Part shown: piece by piece, positions 1 through 13,215 of the stretch
Layout: each line of letters starts with the position of its first letter
Numbering within the stretch: the stretch's first letter is position 1
Source of the DNA: Eledone cirrhosa
Taxonomy: Eukaryota
DNA length: 64,000 nucleotides
NCBI GenBank assembly: GCA_964016885.1
Contig: OZ024740.1
Location: forward strand, 128,154,001-128,218,000
Direction of reading: 5' to 3'
The notes under the pieces: generated by a model
What the model saw: the letters and a program-made list of their open reading frames with translations, nothing else
Database searches by the model: none
What the model was told of the DNA's origin: nothing
Position numbers and translations under genes: made by a program

Positions 1-60
1 GCCGTAACTCTGTCATGCAAAGCATGGTGTCCAACACTCTACTGATACTGCCAATCCACC
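1..60 (-). mobile_element. 5' head of tRNA-derived SINE (window-truncated, diverged)
   Basis: Reverse complement matches the head of the SINE copies at 39801 and 59686 (GGTGGATTGGCAGTATC...GAGTTACGGC). Confidence 0.75.
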
Positions 61-775
61 ATATATTATGATTGTTATAGGCAGAGAAATTCTTAATTTT
101 AATATGGACCCATCCTTTGTCTCCAGTCAACCTTACAAACTTACTCCTTTCTTTCAAATACAGAAAGACGAAGTCAACACCAATTCACCTCCCACCGATA
201 CCCACATATTTACATCCTTCTTCCTCTTATGGTTAACTCCAAACTTTTAGAGCTGCCACAAGTGGACACTTTAGAAATGCTGGAGCAAAAAGAATATGTA
301 TGTTTTGGGCAAGAGAGTAAGAAGAGAGAAGCATCAGCTAGGATCCTTGTGGACAAAAAGCAATTCTAAGAATGTTTCTGGATAGGTAACAAAAATATGG
401 TGTCAATTGTATTATAAATTATTTGGAAGAATAGAAGTTTTCATAAAATGAATTGGAATTTATAGAGATTTAACAAAGCAATATTCATAGTAATTTAATC
501 CAGATATTTTCATTGCCATATTAAATGACACTATATTATTCTGCTTACCCTCATTCATACTAACATTTGTATATTCAATTTTATAAGTGTGGCCCAACAG
601 AGAATAAGCTTCATTATAATATAATGCATTTTGGTTAAAGACAGTTTTGTTACAAGATGAAGTACTAATTCTATTAGATATAACTTTAAATATTGTGTTC
701 TACCAAAGTTGTTTGGAAGAATCTAATCAGACCAGCCTCCTGTCATTTTGTACAATAATATATGTATATATATAC

Positions 776-3030
776 ATCATCATCATCATCATCATCGTTT
801 ATCCATTATCATCATCCATCTTCCACACTAGCATGATTTGGATGGGTTTGTCCCATTTGAGGCAAGATTGGTCGAGTGGCCATGTCTCGCTCATATAGAA
901 CTGTTTCTGGCAGGTTCTTTTATGGCTGGATGCTCTTCCTTACACAACCACTTTACAGAGTTCACTGGGTGCTTTTTGTTGTGTCACCTACATGGCCATA
1001 ATACAGTGTGTATTGGATGTTCTGTGGTACCAACATGACTTTACAGAGAAAGGGTGGTGTGGGCAGAAGTGGGTGGATGGGTACGGGTGTGGGATGGGGT
1101 GTATATTGAGTTAACAGATGCCTCCTGATTGTAGGTTTAAGTTTGTACACAAGGGAAGGCACGTTTTCTGCATTACTACATAGCACCACAGATCTTGATA
1201 CAGTGACTATGTCTTAGAGAGGTGTAAGTGAGCAAGGTCATTTTTTATCATGTTATCCAGGTTTTTCTGGGTCTACCCACTCCGTGGCTTCCATCAAATT
1301 TGATCGCCCTGCAATCAATTATACAGCTGTTGTCCTTCATACATATCACATGTCCATACCAACGCAACCCCCTCTCCTGCAAACAACATTTGATACCACT
1401 TATGCTTAGTCTATCTCTCAATTTGTTTATGCTTTGCTGTTCATGTACATTAATATTAGACATCCATCGGAGAATGCAAGCTTCATTTCTTTCTAATCTA
1501 TGCAAATCTTCTGCACACAACACCCAGGTCTCACTACCATGTAATATTGCTCTTTATATACAAGCATCATACAATCCGCCTTTCATTTTTCAAGAGAAAT
1601 CCTTTGTGGCCAACAGCGGTATTAGCTCTCTGAACGTTTTCCATCCCGTTCTAACTCTGGCACTGTACTTTCAGAATGCTCGCTTCTACTGATGATTTTT
1701 CACCCAGGTAAAAGAAAATGTCTACTATTTCTATAGACCCATCTGGGCAGTTGATTGAGCTAGTATCTAGTGGGCACTCACTACTTACTACTCCTGAGCA
1801 TCAACTACTCATAAAATCTACATTCTTAGGTATCTTGCCTGTGATCCCACTACATCTTTTATGTACCAATACTTTGCATTTGGGGCATAGAATGGAATTT
1901 CTACCTACTCCTTTCTTACACACTGAGCATGGCAATTTCCCAGAGGGCATGTGTGCCCTATTCTCCTTTCTACATATAGAACTTTAGTCTTAGACAAGAT
2001 AACTTTAAGGCCTTTTTATTCTAGGACATGCTTCTATGTTTGGAATTTTTTCTGTAGTTCAGCCATAGATTTAGCTATAGATTTATTCTATATGAGAGTT
2101 AAATCATCTTCATATAGAAATTCCCATGGGCAGCCTGTCTTAAACTGTTCTGTTATAGCCAGTAGGGCAATAATAAATAAGAGGGGTCTAAGAATGGAGC
2201 ATTGGTGAACACCTACTTTTACGCTAAATTCTTCACTATATTCATTGTTAATTCTAACCTTGCTCACTGTTCCTTTATACATGGCTTGTATAGCTCTCAC
2301 AAGCCACTCATCTATTCCTAGATTTATAAGAGCTCACCAGATAATGGTGCGGGGAATTCTGTCAAAGGCTTTCGCCAAGTCAACAAAAGCTAAGCAGAGG
2401 GGTTTACTTTTAGCCAGGTACTTCTCCTGTAGTTGTCGTACAAGGAAGAGAGCATCCATAGTACTTTTACCTGACACAAACCCAAACTGCATTTCATCTA
2501 GATCAATTTGGTCTCTACTCAGTTGTGTAACAACTCTTTCTGTGACCTTTAAGGCCTTGTCAACTAATGTAATGCCTCTATAGTTTCCTCTATCTAGGGC
2601 GTCTCCTTTGCCCTTGTAGCAGTTGACAATAATGCTGCTATGGCAGTTATTTTGTATGGCCCCATTCTGTATTACTTGGTTTACTATTCGGGTAACCATA
2701 GTATGCTCCACCATTCCAGATTCTTTCAGCATTTCAGCATCTATTTCCGAAGGCCCAGCTGCCTTGTCCATCTTCATATCTTTGATTGCCTTACTTATTA
2801 TACAACCATTAAATTTCACAACTGGTCACTCTGTTGGATCAATTTGGTGTAGACTATCTTTACCCCATTCATTCTCCTCATTTATTAGTCTCTCGTAGTG
2901 ACACTTCGAAGCTACCTTCTTATCAGTATCAGTGAGTGCAAGTATGCCATCATCATTACAGACATGCTTCTCCCCGACAATATCACAATCTTCTTTGACA
3001 CATTTCTAGCAATCGTGAACACCTCATGTA
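776..3030 (-). mobile_element. RTE-clade LINE, 5'-truncated and degenerate (RT, C-terminal region, 3' UTR, (ATG)n tail)
   Basis: Minus-strand ORFs 2334-2819 (KAAGPS, NYRGITL, QFGF, AFVDLAKAFDRIPR), 2088-2300 (GVHQ..ILRPLLF, LYEDDL) and 1248-1523 (LRWYGHV, GRPRKTW); (CAT)n at 776-797 is the tail. Confidence 0.92.
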
Positions 3031-3987
3031 CTAGGTACTATCTCAAAGAGTTTCCAAGGATGGTTAAAGAAGATTAGTCCAGCTCTGCTTTTTGGAACAC
3101 TTAAAAAGGCATGCTTGCTGGTAACAGCGAGAACCGTCCGATACATCCTGAATATCTGAGGCTGCAGGTAACGGCTTGATATTCATTTCAACAAACTTTC
3201 CAGTTAAATAACATCAATGACTGAGACTCAAAGAACAATAATAATAATTGTTTCTACTTTAGGCACAAGGCCAGCAATTACCCAGTGCATTACTGGTACT
3301 TTAATAATAGATATATATATAGAAAATAAAGTGAGTGGTAAAAAACTTTGTATGTGGTATAAGATGAAAATGTAGGTATGTATGTATATACATTTATAGA
3401 GAGAGAAAAGGCCTCTGACTTATATATGTTATGTATGTATGGACATATAAAGCCTGATGAAGCCATAGGGGCACTGTAGTGGAATATAGTATTTTAAACC
3501 AGGTGGAGCCTATGCCTCTCCAGGTCCATATATATATAAGGCAGAGGAACTGAGGATAATTAACGGCCATTATTTTGGGAGTGAGGGACTCCTAGTTATC
3601 ATTAAGACATCTGTCTAGGAAAAGGTCGCTCAGATATAAAATTTATGACTTTGCATCTAATGATTTAGACCAGTTCTACTTTTCAAGTAAATGCATTCGA
3701 TGTTCAGAGAGTGAGATTGGCCGTGTGCAAAGCCTTTCCTCACTTACACAAGTTTCAAGCACAGGCTTTGCTTGATATATGAAATATTTTGCAATGCATG
3801 GCATTGCTGGGCTAGGCAAGTCCCTAGCTGGACTGACAGGCCACATTATGGATGCTCTAAATTAAATTTCTACTAGTACTATTCTATCAACTTGATCTCT
3901 TACTACTTTTCTATTGGTCAATTCAAAACCTGTTCCCAAACACGCCTATTATATTAAATCTTTGTTTATTTTTTCAATAAACAAATC

Positions 3988-4123
3988 TCATCATTTCTGA
4001 AGACAGCATATCTATGTGAAGGTATGTATATTTCCTCTGATAGTTTGTAACATTTTTACATAGATTTATATGATATACATACCAACACACATCTATATCC
4101 TGGAAACGATCGTAAAATGATGA
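3988..4123 (+). ncRNA. Type I hammerhead ribozyme with long stem II (PLE 3'-terminus type)
   Basis: Stem I TCATCATTT/AAATGATGA; CTGAAGA at 3997; stem II includes GGTATGTATAT/ATATACATACC; GAAA at 4103; palindromic stem III ACGATCGT; GUA site. Confidence 0.85.
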
Positions 4124-4347
4124 ATCTTCTAATATAAGGAACTTGTTCTTTGTTTTTATTCATTTTTTTTATTATCTTGACTCTGTTTTCCTATGATTTT
4201 CATCGAAAATGTTTGAATGCATCTTCTCTTTTCATGATATTTGGATTACATTGAGTTCTTCATACTGTATATTTTGGTAGATTTATCTGCATATATATAT
4301 ATATATATATATATATAAGATCAAAAGATGGTTAAAAGAGTTCCATG

Positions 4348-4418
4348 TATTTTATTATGCGCATTTCAAAAACAAATATCATCATGCAATAACATTTGCG
4401 TTTTCGTCAGATAAAATA
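4348..4418 (-). ncRNA. Type I hammerhead ribozyme
   Basis: Minus strand reads TATTTTAT-CTGACGA-stem II (GCAAATGTT/GATATTTGT)-GAAA-TGCGCA-TA-ATAAAATA; 8-bp stem I and palindromic stem III. It lies in a short element with an inverted repeat 4315-4367/4445-4502. Confidence 0.85.
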
Positions 4419-4619
4419 GTGAGACATGATATGAAGGTTAAAAATGAAATGGCGCATAATAAAATACATGGAACTCTTTTAACCATCTTTTGATCTCATA
4501 TATTATTTATACTCCAGTCCTACAAACTGTAGAGTGCTACTTATCCGTATCTGCATTGCTTTATTGTACTACAATAAAACTCACCTCCTACATTATATAT
4601 ATATATATATATATGAATG

Positions 4620-5115
4620 TATTTGGCAATATACTGTATGCTTAATTAAAAACATGTTGAAGACCTTGCGCTATTGTTTTAAAGTAGCGACTATGTCACT
4701 TCTTTTTTCAACAAACAAAGCATACAGTATATTGCCAAATATACTATATATATACATTCATGCATACATCGCTATTTCAGAGCACTAATTCTAATTTTGA
4801 ATTTTTGCTGGACCGGCAATCACTGATTATTACTGGAATTCTATAGGAATCACTGATTATTACTGGAATTCTATAAGAATCCAACATTTATAATTTTCAA
4901 TAGACAAAGATGAGTGCTAAGCTCTGATGATTACCAACAGTATGAAACAGAGATATGTCAGCTTATCTCCCTTTGTTTGTTGAAAAAAGAAATAAGTGAC
5001 ATAGTCACTACTTTAAAACAAAAGCGCAAGGTCTTCAAAATGTTTTTAATTTAGCATACAGTATATTGCCAAATATACTATATATACATCGCTATTTCAG
5101 AGCACCAATTCTAAT
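4620..5115 (+). mobile_element. Short non-coding PLE-like (retrozyme-like) element with inverted + direct terminal repeats
   Basis: Inverted arms 4620-4720/4971-5075, direct repeat 4720-4794/5054-5115, internal ~31-bp tandem duplication (4818-4881), HHR at 4918, flanked by (TA)n. Confidence 0.7.
4918..4965 (+). ncRNA. Minimal type I hammerhead ribozyme
   Basis: TAAGCT-CTGATGA-t-TAC caaca GTA-t-GAAA-CA gagata TG-TC-AGCTTA; canonical core, GUC site, 6-bp stem I. Confidence 0.88.
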
Positions 5116-5171
5116 ATATATATATATATATACTCACACACATATATAGATAAAGATATATATATATATAT

Positions 5172-5540
5172 GATGATGGCTGCAACTTGTGTAAAGTCAT
5201 CACTTGATACTAAAGCATGAGCATCCATAATGTGGCCTGTCAGTCCAGCTAGGGACTTGCCTAGCCCAGCAATGCCATGCATTGCAAAATATTTCATATA
5301 TCAAGCAAAGCCTGTGCTTGAAACTTGTGTAAGTGAGGAAAGGCTTTGCACACGGCCAATCTCACTCTCTGAACATCGAATGCATTTACCTGAAAAGTAG
5401 AACTGGTCTAAATCATTGGATGTAAAGTCATAGATTTTATATCTGAGCGACCTTTTCCTAGACAGATGGCTTAATGATGACTAGGAGTCCCTCACTCCCA
5501 AAATAATGGCCGTTAATTATCCTCAGTTCCTCTGCCTTAT
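5172..5540 (+). repeat. Unclassified interspersed repeat (also inverted at ~3535-3857; diverged copy ~36533-36880)
   Basis: Shared blocks GATGGCTGCAACT, GGAAAGGCTTTGCAC, CACTCTCTGAACAT, GACTAGGAGTC; flanked by TA-rich tracts. Confidence 0.7.
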
Positions 5541-5809
5541 ATATATATATATATGGACCTGGAGAGGCATAGGCTCCACCTGGTTTATAAATACTATATT
5601 CCACTACAGTGCCCCTATGGCTCCATCAGGCTGTATATGTCCATACAATTCCATAACATAACATATATAAGTCAGAGCCCTTTTCTCTCTCTCTCTATAA
5701 ATATATATACATACATACCTACATTTTCATCTTATACCACATACATAGTTTTTTACCACTCACTTTATTTTCGATATATATATCTATTATTATTATCATT
5801 ATTATTATT

Positions 5810-6200
5810 GCTCTTTGAGTCTCAGTCATTGATGTTATTTAACTCAAAAGTTTGTTGAAATGAATATCAAGTGGCTACCTGCAGCCTCAGATATTCAGGA
5901 TGTATCGGAGGGTTCTTGCTGTTACCCTCAAGCATGCCTTTTTAAGTGTTCCAAAAAGCAGAGCTGGACTAATCTTCTTTAACCATCCTTGGAAACTCTT
6001 TTAGATAGTACCTAGTGCGCCTATGACAATCGTGACGACCGTGACTTCATGGCAGTTCCAAATCCTTTTTAACTCCCACTTTAAGTCCTGGTATTGGTTA
6101 ATTTTCTCCCTCTCCTTTTCTTGCACTCTTGTGTTAAATGGGCAGGCTACATCTACAATCAGAGACGATCTTTTTTCCTCCTCCAAAATCACCAGGTCTC
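5810..6200 (-). mobile_element. 3' end of R4/Dong-type LINE (restriction-like endonuclease) in a (TAA)n tract
   Basis: ORF 6001-6192: IVDVACPF..KEREK..YQDL..ELKRIW..V.VV.IVIGALGTI; (TTA)n runs on both flanks, the known Dong target type. Confidence 0.8.
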
Positions 6201-8694
6201 ATTATTATTATAATAATTATTATTATTATTGTAGAACCCTATCGAATTATAAATAATATGTTCAATATACATAATAGCATTTCAAGTGCATTTATTACTA
6301 AAGTATTTTCTCTCAAAATATGCAAGGTATGAGAGAATATTATGGCATGATGTTTCTATATTACGATATTCACAATATGATATTCCATGTAAAATGTTGA
6401 ATACATAATTAGTTGCATATGTTGTTTAAAAATGAGAAAAAAATATGAAAATCAGGTTCAAATTTGATTGAAAAGTCGAAATCTAATTACTATGAATAAC
6501 AAAAGGATTTTTGAAGCACAAATAATACAAATCGTTATTATTCTTCAATAAAGGGGATATATTGTAGTAAATAATATAAAATGAAGATTAAATTGATGAA
6601 TATATTTATTTAACTTATTTAGTTTTCTCCCTGTTTATGTCATTCATTATGAATATAGCTATAATTAGCTTTAGATGTTTTGTTAGCGTTCTCAATTTAA
6701 CCAAATATTTTAGTTGCTAACTCATTATCAATGATTATTCTTTTATTCAGAGATTAATGGAAAGTAGAAAATTGATGGACCTCAAAGAAATATATGAATC
6801 AAACTAAAATATAACAAAATATAATTCCATTAATCCAAAATGGAATTTTATTTAATTCTTATTTTCCATTTTAGATTGCTGAGCAGAATAGTGAAAAGAT
6901 ATAGAAATGAGAGGAAATAAATAATGGCATTTTGGTTTACAGAATATTAAATTTTGACAATTCCACAAACCATCAAAATCCCTGCTGAACAACTCATGAC
7001 TTTAAATTTCTACTCTGCTACTGGATTAAATTCAGCGTGTTGTGTCAGTAGGTTTCACACATTTCAAATCTCAGTTGAATTTATGCCTGTACAACCTAAC
7101 ATATCTCAGATCAGGTGTCTAGAAATTTAGTTCTGTTGATCCGTTACGGACAGCTATCCAATATTGGCTGATGGTCTGTATGATTTGTATTCAAAGAAGC
7201 ATTCAATGAGGATCTGCTGGACATTACAATAAGATAAATTTGATCATTATTTTATTACCTATATATGACATATTTAAGTGACAGTATACTATTATATATA
7301 AATTGTATAGATATTACAGAATATATAGAAATATGTTAAGTATATATAAGTAATATATAAATGTTGATATCATTTATGCAAAAAGAAACCGCACTGGGAA
7401 ATATCTACCTATGTGATATCATGCTTTGCTAGATGTGTAATGTTAGTATGCATGAATGGCAAAACACAGATGAGTTAAAGTAAAAATTGGGCATAAGAGT
7501 AATCAGATGCAATTTGCAGACATGGCTACGCTGGTATGGTCTATTGATGCATATGGATGATGATCATTGTGTGAATAAGTTTCAGGATTTTCAAATGTAA
7601 GGAAGCTGCAGAGGTGAGTGGCTGTTACAAACCTTCATAGAAATGATGAGAGCTAATATCAGAATGCAGAACTACACTCAACAGATGACAAAGAAATACA
7701 AAAAGGGCCATACACATGTGTTTTAGTAGAGCCATCCAACCCATAAAAAAAACAGATATAAAAATGATGTGAGTATTAATTTGCAACCAAGTGAAAATTC
7801 TAGGCTGTTGCTAATACTACACCTTCAGACTGTGGGTCATAGATATAAGCTACTATTTTCATAAACTACAATTGATAGTGGCTTATAAAAGTGTCTTATG
7901 AAAGAAAAAATCTGTGCAAATTGTAATTTGGGTCTCTAGTCCTCTGAGACCCAATAATCAAAACACCAAAAAAAAAAAAAAAATATCAGATGCCATCTCC
8001 AAGGAGGTCAGTAAAACCTGCAGAGATGTGAAATATACATTTCATTTCATTCATCTATAAGTTTTAAGACACTTGTCAAAGTTGCCACATGTTATTAACA
8101 GGAAGGATAACATGCTAAGCTAAGCTTTGCAGGATAGGAACTCAGAATATAATGTTCCATAATAAATTATTGCAAAGCATTAGTCTGACTATCTAATGAT
8201 TCTGCCATTATGTTGAAGACATTAATATATTGATTGTATTTCACCTTGTGTATTTTTCTGAAAAGAAAATCCAGAAAAATTAAGTATTTCAATGAGATTT
8301 ATCAATGTAAATGAAGAATTTGCAAAATCAGAATGTTTTCTTTATTCATTTGGATTTTGTTTTCTGATGATACAGGACAGTTAAAATACTAGTTTTTTTT
8401 AAATTTCACCCTCAACTTTATCACATTCATAAATTACTAACTGTTGATGATTCATTATGTAATATATAAATGTTGCTATTTATTTTATACGTTTTAACAG
8501 ATTAGCCAAAACGTTTTGGGAATGGAGACATGTAGTCTAACTTCTAGACCATAAATCAAGTAAAGAAAAAACATGTTTCTAAAGAGGATGTAGACACACA
8601 CACATTATATTTGTTTGTTTTTGTAAGCTTATATATACATATATATATATATATACATATATATATCCACACACATATATAAATGTATATGTGT

Positions 8695-8753
<59 letters not shown>

Positions 8754-11700
8754 TATTTTTATATATTATAAATAATATATATATAATTTATGGGTGTGTA
8801 TTTATGTAGCACATCATCATCATTACAATTTAGTGTCCACTTTCCGTGGTTGTGTAGGTTAGACAGATTATTATGCTATGTGGCTTGACTGGTCAGGCAA
8901 CAGTTCTCTCTCATGAGTATGATTTTTGCTAGGTCTTCTACAGCTTGAAGCCAACCACTTTGCATCATGAAAACGGAGAACATTTTATGACAACAACACT
9001 ACTACTTTACAAGATGGACTTATTTATACACAGACACACACACACACCACACACATCCATATATATATATATATGTATAATTTGTTGCTTCTTCTAACCT
9101 TTAAACATGCTCTTTCACATATTGTTAATTTTTTTTTATGAAAGACAAACATCCCTTATTATGAGACAATCTTTTTTACTTTTCTCATAATCCCATGGTA
9201 GTACAGGCAGTCATTTGCACCAGCTATGCTTAAGAAATAAAAGTAGCACTGACAATTCCGAACTTAGCTGTGCATACATTATTGCAAAGAGCTTTCATTG
9301 CCACACCAAAAGGGCCGAGGACAACAATATGGAGTTAAATAGTGGAAAATTCTGAGTTCTCTGTGATCATGCCACTAACGCAAATGCTCTACAATAAAGT
9401 TATTTTCAACCAGCAGAAATTGAATTCCCTGAATCAAAACAAGTGCAAGAGTGATTATGTTAAAAATGTGTTGGAACATGTTGGTTCCACAAAGGATTTT
9501 GTTTTTCAGCCGTACGGGATATTACTCCCAGCTATGGTTATCCCACAGTGTGAAATTAACGACAGTATACTATCAATCCAATAATGCTACACAAAAAGGA
9601 TTACCTTACCCAGTCATTTTTCTCTTTCTCAAACTTATGTCCCAACAATCTTGTACCATTTCTCTTCAAAATATTCATCACAATCTCTATTCCCATTATC
9701 CTCTGCCATTCTGTATTTGTCTTTTCGTTTTCATCTCTATGATAATGATGGTAGGTTATGCTGATAATGGTGTGTGTGAGTTGGGGGTGTACATAACCAT
9801 GGAAACAACTAACTGGAAGTCAGTTATAATGGTTAAGTATGAATCTCATCCAACAGAAGAAAAGAAAATCAACTGAAATTATATAGTAGGATAAATATTT
9901 TTAGCTAAATTAAAATAAACAAAAAAATATTAAGCTGGCTATCATCAAAGGCAAAACAAAACTAGCTTGTTACTTTTGAAAAGCAATTCTAAGTTTAATA
10001 TAAAAGTAATTTCACTACTGTTAGCAAAGACTCTGAAAATGCATTTAAATAGCATTTTAAGCATATTATATATTTTAAATGTTAATGTTATATATAAATT
10101 TACACTTGGAAACATGCAGTTTATTCACTTAATTTAAACAGCTGACGTTAGACATCATGTCTACATTTGTTTAAACTTTTGGGTTATGTATCTAATCATC
10201 CAATTAAGAGCAGAAATGATATGCCTAATTGTATTTATACTAGAAGAAAACTTCTCTTTTTAATTAATTAAGCTAAATAGTCAGTAATGCTTTCCTATGC
10301 ATTAAATATATCTTGAAGCTAACAACTGAAGTAATTCTTTTGTAACTTTTTGAGAGATTTTGGTGTTGTAAAGTGTCCTTATAAGATTTCTTCTGGCAGG
10401 AATATGATTAAGTATTGTAGCTAGTAATCTAAAAATGCAGTGCTGAAAATATAGAAATTCAGAACTTAAAATCTATTGATGTATAGCTGAAGAACTACAC
10501 ATTCAGAAATGCAAATCTATTAATGCAGAGCTAAAAATATCTTGAATTGCAAAGCTAATGTTAAAGAAATATACTGACGTCTTCATAACAAGCTTCATAC
10601 ATATCATAGAACCCTTCATGAGGCAACACTTTTCGTCATTAAGGGATATGGTGCATCAATTCTATACCAGATTAGCATAGAGAAGATAAAGTTATATATT
10701 TTATTAACTACATATATAATCACAGAAGTTTTCTTTGAAACAATGAGATTCTAGATTCAAATACACAGTGTGGTACCTTATGAAAGTGCCTCCTAGTGTG
10801 ATTTAAAGATTATAAATTCAATTGGATATTTGTAAATTATGACAAAGACAATCAAACCGTTCTTAACTCCTGTGTTGCAATTGCTTGCTATTATGGTTTA
10901 GTCATAAAACACATCACAGTGCCCAGGGTGTTTCAAGGTTGTCCATGACAGATCGAGGAGGAGAGAGTGAGAAACCTTAACTCATTTAGTGCTGGATTCA
11001 GAAATAGCCTCTCTCAATATTGAGTTGTTTAAGGCTGGGGATAAAATCTGCATACTTGCAACAGATTGGGTTTCAAGCAAGTTTATGGTGAAACCAGGCA
11101 ACTGTGATTTTTATATCTGACTAAGCTATAAGAAGAAACAATTACAATTAAGATTTTACCACCAAAATAACAGGCAAAGTAGAATATCATTGTAAACCTT
11201 AAATATTTCTAATTCTATGACATACTGAATGTGTCAAATAGAAACTAGTGATATAGAGAGGACATGATGTTCTGACATAGTGAACATGATTCGTGAAAAT
11301 GAGGTTAATTTGGAAGGATTCAGTGTAGAACATATGATTAAAGGAAAATTGAAACAAATGGATTAATTTAATCATGACTGGACTTGGAATTACTTCTACA
11401 AAGAACAAGCCAGGGCATAGTTTTATGGAAGATAAGCAGTTGCACGCGCTTGCATGTACCCTTATTTCTGTGACATTGATGTCGGTGAAATGTCACCAGC
11501 ATCATGTCAACTCTTTCTCTAGCTTAGTGAATTAGATCTATGTGAAATAAAGTGTCTTGCTCAAGGACTCACCATGCCACATAGTCTGTGAATCAAACCC
11601 ATGCCCTTATAATTATTAGCCCAAAACAGCAACCATTTAACCACAGTGCTTTCACAAAAGAAGAATTACAGTGTGAAAAGAATGCAGGTTGAATGTGGAA

Positions 11701-12126
11701 CATAGAAATTACTTTGCAGGAATTTAGGCAATACTACTATTTGGTAACATTGATTTGAGTCCATATAATAAAATCATTTGTTGGCGAAAACACTTCATTC
11801 TCTAAGAAAACAAGAAATATTCGGTAAAAAACTTAATTATAGGAAAAGTGATGCTGACCAGAATAGAATTCTGTAATATGAATAAATTCTATGCTCCATT
11901 TTATTGAGTAAAAACAAGACAAACAGCCGTTAATGCTTGTTTCAATGAATGTGAAGAGGCTTTAGTTGAGGCATAAAAGATTAACAGTACTACTAATGGC
12001 TCTGATGCATCACAGCAAAACATAAGGTCCACATGCATGCTTACTCTGTTTTTAAAGATCAATGAAAAGATAAGAGATATGCAAATATAGTTAGGCAGCA
12101 AACCTTAATATACATATAGGTATAGG

Positions 12127-12185
<59 letters not shown>

Positions 12186-12230
12186 CATATATATATATTA
12201 CAATACAATACAATAGGAGGGAACATAATA

Positions 12231-12275
12231 GTACCACTGATGATGTTGCAGATGAGCAACGAAAGAACTTTGATA
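12231..12275 (+). ncRNA. Minimal hammerhead-like motif, partly decayed, in a short TA-flanked element (~12195-12467)
   Basis: CTGATGA at 12237, stem II GTTGC/GCAAC, GAAA at 12261; stems I and III imperfect. Confidence 0.6.
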
Positions 12276-12535
12276 GACTGTATATATATATATATTTACA
12301 TCTGTATTTTTAACCGTTGGTCAATCAATGATATACGTTGGTTGCCAAATAAATTAAGTAAGGAAACATAAGAGATACAGGAGAGAAGACCAACCAAACG
12401 GTGAGTGTGTTCTGTTATTTTTTCTGGCAATATTATTACTACATTATGATACTGCCCAATTATAACAATATATATATATATATATGTGTGTGTATTTGTG
12501 TGTGTATATATATATATATATATATAGGTATATAC

Positions 12536-12661
<126 letters not shown>

Positions 12662-13006
12662 TAAAGTATGTCCATAGAATCATTTGATAAAATATATACA
12701 CCATCTCCTCTCCCAATCAGCATAATCAACCACACAAAAAAACAATTAAACAAGACTATAAGATTAAAAAGCACCCATGAAGAAATAATAGATAAATAAA
12801 TGACAGCCATCTATTCGCGATCAACAGCTATAGTATATTTACCCACCATTTCACTAGCACGTAGAAATCGATTAAATATATCGTCAACCATACACAATTA
12901 GGTATAAAGTCAAAGTTAGAAGAAAAAAATGGTTGCCAAAAACATATATATATATCTATGACTTTGTCTAGTTTGTGTATATGTAAAGCTTTACATATAT
13001 ATCAAC

Positions 13007-13215
13007 ATCATCATCATCATCGTCACCGTTTTACGTCCGTTCTTCCATGCTAGCATGGGTTAGACGGGTTGTCCTGCAGTGTCTGGTCGGCTGACCATGC
13101 CTTGCTCATACAGGAACTGATTTTTGCTTGATTTCTACAGCTGGATGCCCTTCCTAACACCAACCTCATTTACAGTGAGTGCTGGGCGCCTACACGTCCA
13201 CTTTACAGTGTGGGC
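13007..13215 (-). mobile_element. RTE 3'-tail fragment or RTE-dependent SINE (related copies ~8812-8990 -, 14310-14420 +, 27130-27392 +, 39370-39780 -, 43760-44104 +)
   Basis: Shared motifs GGTGTTAGGAAGGGCATCCAGCTGTAGAA and AACCCATGCTAGCATGGAA plus a (GAT)n tail; same as the RTE 3' UTRs at 800-1030 and 31400-31630. Confidence 0.75.

Larger units (their letters stand above)
3030..6015. repeat. Large inverted duplication, arms ~3030-3857 and ~5218-6015
   Basis: By eye the arms are reverse complements with scattered substitutions; the left arm carries an extra ~55-bp SINE 3' piece (3248-3302). Confidence 0.9.

Noticed and set aside
3450-3495. CTGATGA as another hammerhead; also CTGANGA hits at ~8364, 10488, 35487, 55743, 57339 and a GAAAGAGCTC at ~46983
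   Set aside because: GAAA, the NUH site or paired stems I-III are missing; the duplicate of the 3454 site reads CTGATGG.
9190-9880. Unique-looking ORFs 9342-9584 and 9451-9876 with an apparent minus-strand splice donor at ~9610
   Set aside because: No recognisable domain; the minus-strand 9605-9735 segment translates as a decayed RTE C-terminus (..RLLGH..NDWV).
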